This document shows, piece after piece, positions 13,567-26,910 of a DNA stretch of 64,000 nt. Below the pieces are notes generated by a model. That model made no database searches, was not told the origin of the DNA, and worked only from the letters and a program-made list of their open reading frames with translations. Every line of letters begins with the position of its first letter. Position 1 is the first letter of the stretch. This stretch comes from Basidiobolus meristosporus CBS 931.73 (Eukaryota > Fungi > Basidiobolomycota): positions 1 through 64,000 of the forward strand of contig MCFE01000406.1 in the NCBI GenBank assembly GCA_002104905.1, written 5' to 3'. A program made the translations under genes and the position numbers.

Positions 13567-14073
13567 GATGGTTTAGGAGAGAATCGTGCGTTAATTATCA
13601 CAATGATCTTGTCAAAGATACATATATATACTTGTTTTGAGCCCTATAAATTATCATGTGAAGTCATGATATACGTATATACTCTGCACGCATTGGAATA
13701 CTTCAAACATGTGAGGAAGACTTCCAGACCTGATTGGTAAAGCTAGATATAATCATAATTCTGGAAATGATTACACCTATCTAGCCAACACTCATCGGGT
13801 ATTGAATATCTTAATTGTGCAACATGTTTGTCATCATAATGACAGAATCAATGATGTGTTAAGACCATTAGAGCCAGAGTTGCGTTAGGCATTACAGTAT
13901 TGTATTTATACCAACAGCTGACAACATCAAGCAGAGCTCTTCTGCTCATAATGAACATACGTCAGCATCACTGGGATCATAGAGTCCGAAGTATCCTTGC
14001 AACAGCCTCAAATTGTGTTGAAATTGGATCGTCTTATGTGTGGTTCACATATGCAATGTTTATTACTGTCTGC

Positions 14074-14847
14074 TCAACTAATGTCGAGGTATATATACAG
14101 AAGAAATGATATAAGAAATGAGTGTAACCATGAACCTGATATCACGCCAGCATCGTTATAGCAGGCAGAGCATGATGCTAAAAATGAGGTTAGCCAAAAG
14201 CGATAGCAAAAGATCAAAAATGAAGCAACTCACGCTGCCAGCCGGTAGGTATGTACATTGCGAATGGCATGTTCAGTGGATAGAGTCTTCCAGGCTCTGG
14301 ACCAGCGTCCAGCCCACGTTCATCAAAGATTCTCAAACGGTAATCATTACTCTCAACAAGTGGGGAAGCCGTTTGGGGCCAACTTGAGGTAACCCATACA
14401 TATTCCGTAATAGCCCCACTTATGTTTAGTGCCAGGGGATATTCCACTCTCTGTTGCGGTCTTTGAATGACGATACTAATGTTTTTTGGTGCAATTCGCA
14501 GGTTCTGGTCATATTTCCATCGAAATGTAATATTTTCACCAACCGCAAAATAAGGTGGGATGTCAATGGCTGGGTTAGGCGGGTTTAGCATAACAATCAT
14601 CCCAGGCGATCCTGTTGGTGATACAGAGTCGCTAGACGAGGTTCCAGTGGGGGTAGTTATATTGGTGCTAACCGATGGAGTTACAGCATTACCCAGCGTT
14701 GTGTTTTGCGTGAATGTAATAGAGTCTATGTCATGCCCAAGGCTCAGTATGCTATGGAAGATGAACGATAATTTATATTTTACCTTGGCAAAGAATATGC
14801 GCGCATGATAATAGGAACAAGGTGCAATCTGTTATTCTAACCCTCAT
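14074..14847 (-). CDS. Secreted/GPI- or TM-anchored fungal protein of unknown function (DUF7137-like), 2 introns
   Basis: Signal-peptide-like exon MRVRITDCTLFLLSCAHILCQ, a Ser/Thr-rich linker, a beta-rich domain (YFAVGENITFRWKY...YRLRIFDE...FAMYIP), then a CxxC (CSAC) and a hydrophobic C-terminus. Family name recalled from memory. Confidence 0.7.
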
Positions 14848-16674
14848 GTAGTGCGCTAGTTCGAAGCTTTCAGAATGGCAAGAGGTTTACACCTACAAAA
14901 AACTGCTCGCCTCGATGGATTTCAGGCTTATATTGATTTGATAGTCAAGCTATCATTTGTTAACAGCCTAGCTGCAATCATTTGGTTGGTAGAACTGCGA
15001 TATGGCTCTAGATCTGCCAAATAAATAACAAGCATCACCATGAAGTCATTAACGATCTCAAACATCCCAAGGCGATGCTAACAAGACTGCATTATTTAAC
15101 TTCTGTTGAGCCACCATGGGTGACAACGTTTCAGTGGATTATGAATTCATATCTAATTATCGATTAATCATTAAATATTTGAATCAGCATCTGGCTAAAG
15201 ATGACAATGGGCTCTTCCAAACAATTGGCCTGCTGGTTGCAGAACCTCGACGGGATTGGGCCTCCAAAAATCTGACTCATGCGCACGCTGCTTGATTTGT
15301 TTGGCTCAGTTCGATGATGAAGATTCGAACACTACCTGACAGCATCGATAGAGAATTTCGTTGGCGAGATGGGTGCCAGCATGGTGATGGAAAACCGCCT
15401 AGTGCCGAAAGAGCAATCTGGCGCTCGTTAGATTCCTGATGAGTAAACTGATCAATAGTTGGAATTGGACCCTTTTCCTTTGTTAGATATCAAAATGCTC
15501 CATTACACTAAATCTGCCTTCAATCCGGCAACTTCAAGTTTGATTCATAAAATTGACACGGAATTTGTCATGTTAATGAGCTGAACTTCACCATCCGGTT
15601 CCCACATCTTGTGAATCAACCCATCGCATGCGAGGCATATAAACACTGTTTTGAGGTGAAATGTTTGGAGTATACTCTGAATAAAGGTGGTTCATTTTTC
15701 TGTCAAATCCGCCTAATTTGATTGTTTGAACAACCCTGACAAAGGTTAAATACTTCACTTTGTTAAGTCTTATTGATCTACACCACTTGCATATCATCCC
15801 GATCGACCAACTCTTCTCTGACCGAACTACCAACAACAGTAGTATTCATGCTGCTGCTGTATGTACTGGATGAATACCCTGTAAATTTGAAATCATCCAG
15901 TAAACTGTACTGGGAGCTACATGAGTCTCCTAGACTTTAATGATGACAAGGTTTGCATGAAGTGATCCCAATCAATGCTGGTGTTATGACTTCGCAGTAC
16001 TGGAGGTGAGAAATAGGCAAACAGAAAGTAGTAGATGCCAGCCTGATTATGCACGAAACCTTTATCCAATGATATTCGGATGGATTGATCTGTTGCATTG
16101 CTTGATTTTCTCGTAGATTTTCTGCTTGTGTATGATAGGTAGCTCCAATACATCATTGCTGGTATGCAGAGCACTAGACATCTGGTATGTGCCGTTTCTG
16201 TATTACTCCATTGGAGTTTGATGGATGATGTGCCATATGGTCCTATTCCCCGTAAGTATGAGGCTCTATGACTGTGCATATGAATACTTGATCTATTAGG
16301 TGTAAAGAGCCGTGCTTTTTTGCATCTACGCTCTTGGTATTACACCGATGATACAATTCTTCGCTTTTCAACTCGCCATTTTAATGTATAAGCAATCAAT
16401 ATATATATCGCCGCTCTACATTCTGCAAATACTTCGGTAATGTTGGGATACAATCTAAGCACAATCCTGTAACACGTGCTACTTTACCTCCTAATAATTC
16501 TTCCAGATCATGCAATCACTATCATACTGATATCAGCGGCTATTTAAATGGCTCCGCCCATCAAGCCCACGTCAGATATTCGTGACTGCTTATTACATTA
16601 GCCCAAGTGATTATAGAATCGTATATATTCAATTTCTTCCCAATCATCCACGATCATCTTTACAACTGATTAGA

Positions 16675-17399
16675 ATGCCACACTTGGACGATCACCCATT
16701 CCTTGCTGATCAAGAGAGAACTATTCGTATGGGCCTGTTGCAAGGAACAGAGACTGTTACCAAGACTGCTAAAGGAATATGGCATGATTTCAAAGTATAA
16801 ATATCCATTCTGCTTATTAGTCGTCAAGGATTCTAAACCGAAGTATACAGGATTTTATAGATAATGGAAATGTGTTAGGATTGGCCGTTGGGCTGGTTAC
16901 TGGTGGCGCCTTCACCAGTCTGATTAACTCCTTGGTCAGTGACATAATTACACCACCCTTTGGGCTCCTGCTAGGTAAGTGCTCCATGTACAGTTTTTTG
17001 TGTGCTCCTGAGAGTAACCTCCATTCCTAGGCAAGGCAAACTTTGAGAATCTTTTCGTTATTCTGAAGCATGGAAATTCCATAAATCAAAGCTACGAAAC
17101 CATTGACCAGGCGCAAAAAGATGGTGCAGTAACTTGGAATTATGGCCGTTTTATCCAAGTTATAAGCAATTTTATTATACTAAGCTTTTCACTCTTCTGG
17201 GCTGTGAGATGTATGCTCGCCTTTATTTCGGATGTTGAATCCTCAAACTAACCCGCTTATAGTTTTCCAGATTTTTCAGAAAGATGAAATCATCAAATCT
17301 CAAGTGAACTGCAAATATTGCCGCAGCTCGATCAATAAGAAATCAATACGATGTAAGTTTTGCACATCATGGCTTGATGAACGTGAGCAACCTCGGTAG
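16675..17399 (+). CDS. mscL: Large-conductance mechanosensitive channel (MscL family) with C-terminal CxxC..CxxC; 3 introns (16795-16850, 16975-17030, 17211-17262)
   Basis: Spliced: ...WHDFKDFIDNGNVLGLAVGLVTGGAFTSLINSLVSDIITPPFGLLLG...NYGRFIQVISNFIILSFSLFW...CKYCRSSINKKSIRCKFCTSWL. This matches the MscL S1/TM1 (FxxFxxxGNVxxLAVG) and TM2 (YGxFIxxxxNF) motifs. Only exon 1 appears in the ORF track. Confidence 0.9.
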
Positions 17400-19042
17400 G
17401 GTTGTCTCCAGCTGCCTTGCTTGGCTATCCCCTGCTCATTCTAAAGTGTGGAATCCTACTGATATGTTACCCTGTGAATTCGAATATGCATCAATGTATA
17501 TAAATATATACCTTCAGCACACTGCTATATGCTATTAAACTATGTACTCCAATTAGATATCATAACTGCAATTAGTGAGGCACATCTGACCTGTTTGCGG
17601 ATATTTTCTACTCAATAGCTTGAAAGCTAAGGATACCTATCAAACAGTAGGAAGCTATAATACCGGTGAATCTACAAACGCCTAATAGATCTAAAGCTCT
17701 GTCCAATGTCATCCACACAACTGCAGTGCAAGCTTGGCAACCCATAAGAATGGTCCAAATCACATTTTATGGAAGGTAACGTAATTATTTGAGTATGCAT
17801 TCTGCATCTGGATGCTCTGAAACGGCCACTTCTGATCCATCATGAACGCTTACTTTCTGATGAATCCAGGGATCAAGGTGGATTCACTTTATATAATATC
17901 AAATGGTATTATTAGGAGCAGTTTGGATCCTCATGTCTTAATGACTGCCGCTTGTGAATCACCTTATATGCCCTCAACCTGGAACAGGCCGTTGCAATAG
18001 CCCGAATAAAATCTCATATAATATTTCAGTTACTGACTATACATGGTGATTAAAATAGCACTTGAGGGATATGGCCTAGTTGCTAAGGAGATTTGTATGA
18101 ATGCCAGAAACCCGAGTTACTGAGAAAAAACACCACCCTGCACTGCACATCCCATTGAGCCTCTGGTTTCCCTTATATAGCAGGGTTAATATTACTACAT
18201 CTTATCACACATCAAGACGAGGTGACTGCTAGATGCTAATATCAAATACCCTTGATGGATACGAATTCTAAGTACTTGTTGAGCAGTCATCGCCTCTTCT
18301 CCCTGTGGCCTTGCCCCTGAGATAGTCCAATGGATACTGCAGTGGATGTTCTCTAGTGTTTGAGTTCGCTATCATTGAATGGTCGACATTTACCGGTTAC
18401 TTTAGCATTAAACCATAGAAATCCATACTTCGGCGGAATATTTATTGAGATAGTATATTTTTATTGTTTTTTGAACAGACCCCATATCCCCGTATCAGTC
18501 CCCAATGGCAGCCTCGCAGGGTGGTTTGTTTTTTTCGCCATCAACTGATCTCCAAATTGAGATTCCACGTTTTGATAGTCAAAGGTAAACAAGTCCCTTC
18601 ATGATCAAAGATCGAACCAATTATCCAGGCCATCTCCAGGTTATATTTTGCGATAGAGGTATACTCAGCATATGTGATTCAAGAAAAATTGGATTTGTCT
18701 TCCAAGTGGATCTTTCAAGGAATGAAAATATTGGTATAGTTTTTTATTATGATCACCAAAGTATATGCTTACACCGTGATACAAGTCAGTGGTGGTTTGT
18801 ACTACAGGGGTCGAGCCCACTTTATTTTAAATAGCTCCAACACTGTAGTTCATCATTATTTTCCGAATTGGTCCAACGTCCAGTTTACTTCAATCGATCT
18901 TACCTGCATCCTTCCACAGATTTTGCACCGCAAACCACCACTTCAAGCGTTTCGTTCATACGGCCTCGCTTACAATTTGACTCTTGTCTAATACCCAACG
19001 ACACTACATATCAGCTGAGAGCACATATTAAGGTATCTCAGT

Positions 19043-20373
19043 ATGCCATCTAATCTGCCAAAGAAAGGCCACTCTGGCGCACCAAAGAGGAGTGCAAATG
19101 CTTCGATTTCTAAAATTGCCGAGGCTAGGAAAACTTCGGGCAAGATTAGCAAGAGCATCCTCTGCGATATGACCAACAGACAGGTAAATCCTCGCCTACG
19201 CCTAGGTGACTAAGATTGGCCCACTAACTTGGTAAGCTCTATTAGACGGCAAAAGTGTTTCCGAACCAACACGGGGACGACGGTAGCGCTGAAAATAGTG
19301 AGCACGCAACGATCACTGTTCAAACATCGCGCAACCCTCGGGCGGAAAACTATGATGACTCGAGTATTCACTCGACTGCACAGCCTTGTGATGCCTTGAT
19401 GGATATGGACCCTGATGCTGGCCATGATCCGTTCAACCCAATTATACAGGACATCGAGGAAATGGATAAACATGACATAAACATGGTAGCAGAATATGCG
19501 GACGAAATTATCGAATACATGAGAGAATTGGAAGTAATGCTGATCCATACAATTTCTATGTATTCTCCACGAAATCTAAACTTCCCTTTCTAGATCCGGA
19601 TGTTGCCTGACCCTTCTTACATCGAGCGCCAGCCCGAGTTAAAATGGCATATGCGTGGGATCCTTTTTGATTGGTTAGTCCAAGTTCACGACCGTTTCAA
19701 GATGCATCAAGAGACCTTGTTTCTATGCGCGAATTATATCGACCGATTTCTTTCCGTTAAAGAGATTTCGATAGACAAGCTACAACTGGTGGGAATCACT
19801 GCACTCTTCATCGCTGCAAAGTACGAGGAGATAAGCCCACCCACCATTAGTGAGATGATATTTATGGTTGATGGGGCTTTCTCTGTTGACGATTTGAAAA
19901 AGGCAGAACGGTATATGATGAACATATTGAACTACGAACTGGGCTATCCAGATCCGCTGAGCTTTTTACGGCGGATATCTAAGGCAGATCACTATGACTC
20001 CTCTATTAGAACTCTAGCAAAGTACTTAACGGAAGTCACCATCATGTATGAAGCATTTATCCAATATCCCTCATCAAAGGTTGCTGCAGCCAGTTACTAT
20101 CTTGCTATGGGGTTGTTGGACAAGGGAATTTGGGTAAGCATCAATGTTACACATTTCCATGCCGACGCACCTAACTTTTTTTCCACCGCCCAGACCAATT
20201 CTCATGTACATTATTCAGGCTATACAGAAATGGACTTGATATCCTGCGCACTTCAGCTTCGTAGTCGCCTCCCTCATAAACAAAACCACGAGGCCATGTT
20301 TGTCAAATACCACTCCGAAAAATATATGAGCGCTTCAGCCTATGTCGAAAACGTATTCACAAATTATTCCTGA
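19043..20373 (+). CDS. G2/M B-type cyclin (Cdc13/NimE/Clb-like), 3 introns
   Basis: Cyclin box MRGILFDWLVQVHDRFKMHQETLFLCANYIDRFLS...LQLVGITALFIAAKYEE, preceded by VAEYADEIIEYMRELE. The start codon (19043) is inferred from an in-frame spliced upstream exon. Confidence 0.92.
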
Positions 20374-21327
20374 GGGCGCATGAGGGAATCCACCCTACCC
20401 CCTCTAATATTCTCCACTGTAATGATAGATTTACCTTCCCTACCCCGAACTAGGTAAATGCACAGGCCCATTGTTGATTTGTATTTAGGTATAGTAATGG
20501 CATATCTTTCTTCTGTGTATAAATTCGAGTAGTCTGTACCGTCAAGCGTTGTTATGAAACCTAATCTGTCCAGAAACGGGTATTTGTACGAATCCTTCAT
20601 GATTACAGGCATGCAACCTTGAGGTGTCACATCATATATTTCTTTGGATCTTATTCAGCGAAATTTTTTTCTTTGCGATAATGGAATACATATAAAAGTA
20701 TTTGAAATATCAATGATGTTAAAGTAGCCCTCATGGCGAACAGGCTTCGAACCGCAACGATTACTTCAATTGTATTGGTGCATTCAATGCGCGTAAAGGC
20801 GTAGAAGGCGCCGGAACTCCACCCTTCAATCAATCACATACCTTTAGTAAAACTTTAACCTGCATTTTCCTATATCCCTCGGGCCACCTGTGTCACAACA
20901 TTTATTTACTGAACACCAGGCTTAGCCATATATGGTATATAGAATGAAAGTCGATATTTGAAGAGAGCTCCGTATTTCCTAAAGCAGCCTGACTAGATAA
21001 TGCAGGGATTTTCCTCAAACTGACCTGAACCTGCACAAGCAGTATAACCTGTTCTCATAATCACTAGATAATTCCAATTCCAGGCTGACGGCCTACTGCC
21101 TCAGCTTTTATGTAGATCAACATAAAAAAGCGAAGTTGCTCTATGACCACCTAACCCATCATCCTGTCGCGATGGTGATGATCACAATGTGGATGCCGAT
21201 TATTTAGTGATTAGGCTGATTATCCGATTTAAAATTGTTCCCAAATAACTCATAATCACTTGGTGATACAGTAGTCACCGATATATGATGAGAGAAATTC
21301 TATTTTATTAAGCCGTGTTATAACCTC

Positions 21328-23316
21328 ATGTTTAGACTCGTAAGAAACTTTCGTCATGCCAATGCATGTCCTAGTCAACGTACGTTCCTTGGGACCTTTC
21401 GTCCGAATGTTGATCGCACCATGAAAATTTCAGAAAAAAGTACATGGACAAGAGGAAGCCCCAATAGTTCCCGTAATATTGTGGAAAATTTACTCTATAG
21501 AAATTATTTTACCTGGAAGTCGGGCGGGCATTTTGAAGACACTATTTATGCTTTATCTTCGGGTAGGGGCAAGGCGGGGGTAGCAGTAATACGTGTCTCC
21601 GGTCCTGACGCATCCAAGTGCATAGAGAGGTTGACGAGACCCTTTAATTCTGTAAAAGCAGAGATGGAGACCCTGCCTCCTAGTAGAAAAGCAGTGTTCA
21701 GAAAAATCATTCATCCTTCTACCGGTGAAATTTTGGACCATGGGCTTGTACTTTGGTTTCCAGGTGAAAATTTGACCCTACATATCACACTGTACGAGTC
21801 CCCATAAGCTAACGATATTTTTATACAGGTCCGAATAGTTTTACAGGAGAAGACATTGTTGAGCTTCAGGTTCATGGCGGAAATGCGGTTGTTCAGGGGA
21901 TCCTAGGTGCACTTGGAAAACTCCAAGATTATCGACCTGCTGAGCAAGGAGAGTTTGCTAGAAGGTGATGATTGACTACACCCATTTCACAGTATCAAAC
22001 AGTATACTCATTGCCCGAAAGAGCTTTTGAAAACGACAAATTAGATCTAACGGAAGTAGAGGGCTTAGCCGATCTTCTCAACGCTGAGACTGAAATACAG
22101 AGAAGGTTGGCCTTAAGACAAGCCGGGGTATGGTAGCTTGAGCTTCTGACAATCTTGTTTTCTTAAAATAATGTTTTCAACTACTAGGGTGCACTGAAAG
22201 GACTGTATGATAGCTGGCGTTCTGACATAATCAAAAACCTGGCTTTGGTTGAAGCTATTATTGACTTTGGTGAGGATGAAAATATTGAGGATGGTATTTT
22301 TAAACAAGGTAACGCACCTCATGACTGCACTAGAGGAACCTGTCTATTAATATTTATTTATCAAGTGTACGATGCAATCTCTTCAATGTACCTTTCTATT
22401 ACCAACCACATGAACGATAATCGCAGAGGGGAAATTCTTAGGGATGGCATTCATATAGCTATCCTTGGATTGCCAAATGCGGGCAAAAGCAGCTTTCTGA
22501 ACAGAATAGCTCAGCGTGATGTTGCGATCGTTTCACACATCCCTGGAACAACAAGAGACATCGTTGAGACCACTTTGAACATTGGTGGATATCCGGTAGT
22601 ACTGGGTGACACGGCAGGGCTTCGGGACACTGATAACCTCATTGAGGCGGAAGGCGTTTTTCGAGCGAAAAAGAAAATACAGCAGGCAGATATCAAAATT
22701 TGTATCATTGACAGTGCTATGCTAGTAGGTGACGAAGCTAAAGTGAACCTAAAGAAGTCGTTGGGTCCTATCGTCACGGATGAGATTGATTCAAACACGC
22801 TGATACTACTAAATAAGTCGGACGCAGTCGAAACAGCAGATGGTATCCGAGAGCTGAAAGAAACTATCATAAAAGAATTAGGTTCCTCGTTTATTTGGGA
22901 GGTTTCTTGCAAGACTGGAAAAGGAATTGACACGTTTTTGGGAAGCTTTGCAGAAATTCTTGAAAGCAGGTACAGTACTTGTAGAACTTGCTAATAGTTA
23001 CCAGAGGCTGATTGGACTATTGTTTTGTAGTTACGGTACAATGGTTGCTGAAAGTCCCCTCATCACCCAAGCAAGGCACCGAGTGCATTTAGGTGATTGC
23101 ATTGACGCCATAGAGAGATTCCTTGGTATGTAACACTTCAAATCCAATCGTATCTTCAACCATCTAAATATCTGATTCTTCAAAGGACAAGATGATATGG
23201 TTCTGGCTGCTGAAGATCTCCGGCATGCTGCTAATGCCATGGGAAGGATCACTGGTAGGATAGATGTTGAGGAAGTTCTTGATGTCATTTTTAAAGAATT
23301 CTGCATCGGAAAATAA
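21328..23316 (+). CDS. MSS1: Mitochondrial tRNA modification GTPase MnmE/TrmE (MSS1/GTPBP3), 6 introns
   Basis: [58 protein letters not shown]-loop [25 protein letters not shown], and terminal FCIGK. Confidence 0.96.
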
Positions 23317-23455
23317 GGCCAAATAGAACCGAACAGACTTCGAATAATAGAAACGGTCGTTTTTACTAAAAAACTTACTATATTAGATACGAATAAATAT
23401 AGCGCATCATTTATATTAAAGCATGAAGGTTCTACTATATAATTCAATGTGTGTA

Positions 23456-25005
23456 CTATAGGATATATCGGAAGTTCGAAACAGCCGACAATCCAGACCC
23501 TGGAGCCTTTTCTGGAGTAGCGTTCTCGGTTTTTCGATTTTGTTTACTCAAATAACATCTTAGCAGGAGTGAAACTGTGGCCGTTAAGCATAGCATGCAT
23601 ACATTGGTGGTATGACTTGGTATGTAATGTGGGGCCTCTTCTTTTCGGTATAACTGGCCTGCAATCACACCACCAATGTTGCCTAGTGAGATTACCAAGG
23701 CTGTTGCAGTTGCAGCTTTGGTGGATCCATGGATGTTGTTACTAAGCCAGCCGAGCGATATCGGGATGCAGGAAAATACTCCTATAGTTGCTATAGAAGC
23801 AGCTGCATAGAGAGCCTTCGTGTCGGCCAGAACAAGAAGCAAAAAATAGCCAAGTGCACCAAGTAGACTTTGGCCAAGCACGTGATAGCCACGCTCCTGA
23901 CGGTAATCTGAGTGGAATGCCATTGCAATTGTAAATATGAAGCCAAGTGCGTACGGTGGCGCAGTTAGAAGCTGAGCAGTAACGTTGGTAAATCCGAGGT
24001 CACGAACGATGGTAGGAAGAAGGAATGCCAAGGAGTAGAGCGGAAGGACAATCCCGATAAAAAGTAAGGCGTACATCCAGACTACAACATCAGTAATTGC
24101 CGCTATAAATTGCTGTTTATCTAAATGCGAAGTCGATACAGTCCCTTGTTCTTGAGTGAGACGAAGTTCGACCAGTTCACGCTCTCTAGGGGTCAGCCAC
24201 TTGGCTGTGGATGGACTGTCAGGTAATAAAAACCTGGAGGATTCGTTAGAGAATAATCGTGCATCAGGTTAGATGTGACTTCTTACCAAGTTGTAATGCC
24301 AAGAATAACGGTAGGCGCTCCCTCAATGATGAAAATCCATTGCCAACCGGAAAGCCCAGAAGAACTATCAATGTGGGTAATGCCATATGCTAGAACGCCA
24401 CCAAAAGCGCCAGCCAATGTGGCAGCTGAAAAGAATAATGCGACTCTGGAGCATTGCTCCTTACGAGTATACCAAAACGTGAGATAAAAGATGATTCCGG
24501 GAAACAAGCTTAACAAATGAAGTTAACACCAAAACACAGAGTAGAGTATACATCCTAACACCAACCCTGCCTCCGATAACCCAAGAAAGAAGCGGCACAC
24601 CATCATTCCGGCGAAATTCTTCACTGCGGCCATAGACATGGTACACACTCCCCAAGTAACCATGATTCTGGCAATCCAGTGAGAAGGAGAATACTTCTTG
24701 AGCAATAGATTCGATGGGATTTCAAAAATAATGTACCCGATGAAAAAGATCGATAGGCACCAGGAGTATTGACTTGAAGTGAGACCAATGTCAGCTTCCA
24801 GATTTGCTAAGCGAGCATTGCCTATGTTCACACGATCCAAAAACGAAAACAGATACAGCAATCCGGCGTATGGCAATATTCTTGCGTCGATTTTTCTTAG
24901 CAGGTGTGCTTCCTCTTCTGGTGTCCATGTGTTCTCTTGAATCACAATCTCTTGTGGGGATGTCCTCATTTTTGTTTCTTCCTCTCTGAGCTGGATCTCA
25001 GACAT
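23456..25005 (-). CDS. MFS transporter, anion:cation symporter family (Tna1/Dal5-like), 2 introns
   Basis: LRKIDARILP...FLDRVNIGNARL...FFIGYIIFEIPSN...EAGLFPG...WQWIFIIEGAPT; exons join in frame. Confidence 0.93.
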
Positions 25006-25850
25006 TGTAGATTCTATATCTGCTGGCAGGAGAAAATGATAAAATTATAGCGGTTTTGACGTATTTATATCATGGTCAAACCAAGCAGCACACACTAGTA
25101 TTATTGGGAAATATTTGCATGTAGCGCGCAGTATATAAAAGGGAACAATGTAGTGTGTGCTTCTGCATAATGTTGGGTTATAATCAAACAGTTGAAAGTC
25201 AATGTAGTGCGGAATCACACTGAACATGTTTTAAGGGGGTGACGTTGCAGCTAATACTGTATTGCCTAAAGCTTGAAATCTTATGAATCTAGCTACCATA
25301 TGCCTTTATATGCCTATGTTATATACTGTTTAATTTTAGATTATCCGTTAGATATCTTTCATGTAAAGTCTTGATTGTTTACATACAAACAAGTACGATG
25401 ATTCTTTAAAGGAGATTACATTGCTGGATATTACCTAAAATTGGGAATGATCGTCTTGCAATTTGCACGTTGTACTTACACCTTCAGTTACCACCTTTGC
25501 AGGTCCGGCAGTTCTCGTCTTTCGGGTAGACAATCTCGCATTCTATTCGCATCTCTTGGCTACCTAAATCAATCAAGCTGTCAATCTTAAGTACGAGTAA
25601 ATTGATACACTGCAAGCCTGGTGACAGGAACTATTCTCTGGAACGCTATTCGTTAAAACCAGTTATTACCACACTGCATTCCAGTATCCGAGTGCTCTTC
25701 CGGCCAGCCTATACAATTGCCATAGTCTATCTAAACTGTACCAGCAATAGGCTCTATTTGCCCAGTGGAGTATGCATGGTAAAATGAAGCCAAACGAGAT
25801 TTTATAATACAGTTTCTTCGGGGTCGCTGGTGACTGTTCAGTATCATTTA

Positions 25851-25870
25851 ATATATATATATATATATAT
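25851..25870. repeat. (AT)10 microsatellite
   Basis: Direct reading of the sequence, just downstream of the GNAT stop codon. Confidence 0.9.
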
Positions 25871-25946
25871 ACCGATTCTTGTAAATTTCATGGGTGGCAG
25901 CATATCTCTGTAATATATGCTTATATATTAAAAAGTATATAGAAAT

Positions 25947-26558
25947 TCACAGAACAAACATCGACCCGTCTTCCCAAAAGAAGCATACTTGGAGATAAAT
26001 ATCTGAAGCAAAGGGTTTTTTGACTCTACCCGCTTCAACACCAGTGAGTTTTTTGCCATAGAAATGCTGGGCTCTTAAATTTTGACTAATGGTCCACACA
26101 CAGAATTTCTTGGAATCCATCAGCTCAAACATCCTTTTGACTGCAGTGCACCAAAGACTTTGTGCCACTCCAGTGCCATGGTAATCTTTCGAGATATAGA
26201 AAACCTTCACTTCACCGGTGTTCTTTGGATCAACAGCAAAATCGGAGAAATTGGAGCGAACGGGACCAACATCGATCAGACCAACGACCCTGCCATGAGC
26301 AGTAGCAATCCAGGTGGTGTCTTGAGGATTCACCCCATTGAAGTGGCTTTCCAGTTGTTGGCATCGATTGTGGCACCACTCAACAGAATTCAAACTATCC
26401 AACAAGGCATCAGGGACAATCCCTTTGAAGGTATCTCTCCAGGCTTGCATATGCATCTCTACAATAGAACTTGCATCTTCTGGTAAAGCCTGTCGAATGG
26501 TAACCTCTGATGGTAGCGGACGGAGGGAGATAACAGGGTCTAAGGAAAGCACACTCAT
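25947..26558 (-). CDS. GNAT-family N-acetyltransferase, intronless, ~203 aa
   Basis: IRQALPEDASSIVEMHMQAWRDTFKGIVP, acetyl-CoA motif A FYISKDYHGTGVAQSL, motif B VWTISQNLRAQHFY. First ATG at 26558. Confidence 0.85.
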   Translation of the reverse strand: MSVLSLDPVISLRPLPSEVTIRQALPEDASSIVEMHMQAWRDTFKGIVPDALLDSLNSVEWCHNRCQQLESHFNGVNPQDTTWIATAHGRVVGLIDVGPVRSNFSDFAVDPKNTGEVKVFYISKDYHGTGVAQSLWCTAVKRMFELMDSKKFCVWTISQNLRAQHFYGKKLTGVEAGRVKKPFASDIYLQVCFFWEDGSMFVL

Positions 26559-26910
26559 TTTGATTAATACAGGTATCATGATCACAAACAGCTTATATAC
26601 TATCAAAATTCTCCCACCTTCTATGCATCCTTGTAATGAAAACTGCGGATGTTGTCGTGTGATCAAATTCGAGCGTCTTGTGGGATAGGCTGATATTGTC
26701 ACAACATCTATTACTCATAGTTAGTACACAAGACAGTGAAAAACGAATCAAGCAAAAAAGACATTCGAGGTTGCTCTTTCAAGTGGTCCCTTTAATAATA
26801 TTAATATAGGAATCAACAATATGCGGGAATCGTTAAATTCGCCATGTTCCACAATGATTAGAATTCGAAGTTGATAAATCCCATAGCCAAATGCCGGCTG
26901 AAGGGATTGC

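Noticed and set aside
14900-16400. Short ORFs 15588-15836 and 15917-16279
   Set aside because: No motifs, no consistent splice model, composition like intergenic DNA.
18360-19040. Overlapping short ORFs upstream of the cyclin
   Set aside because: No recognisable domain; probably promoter or 5' UTR.
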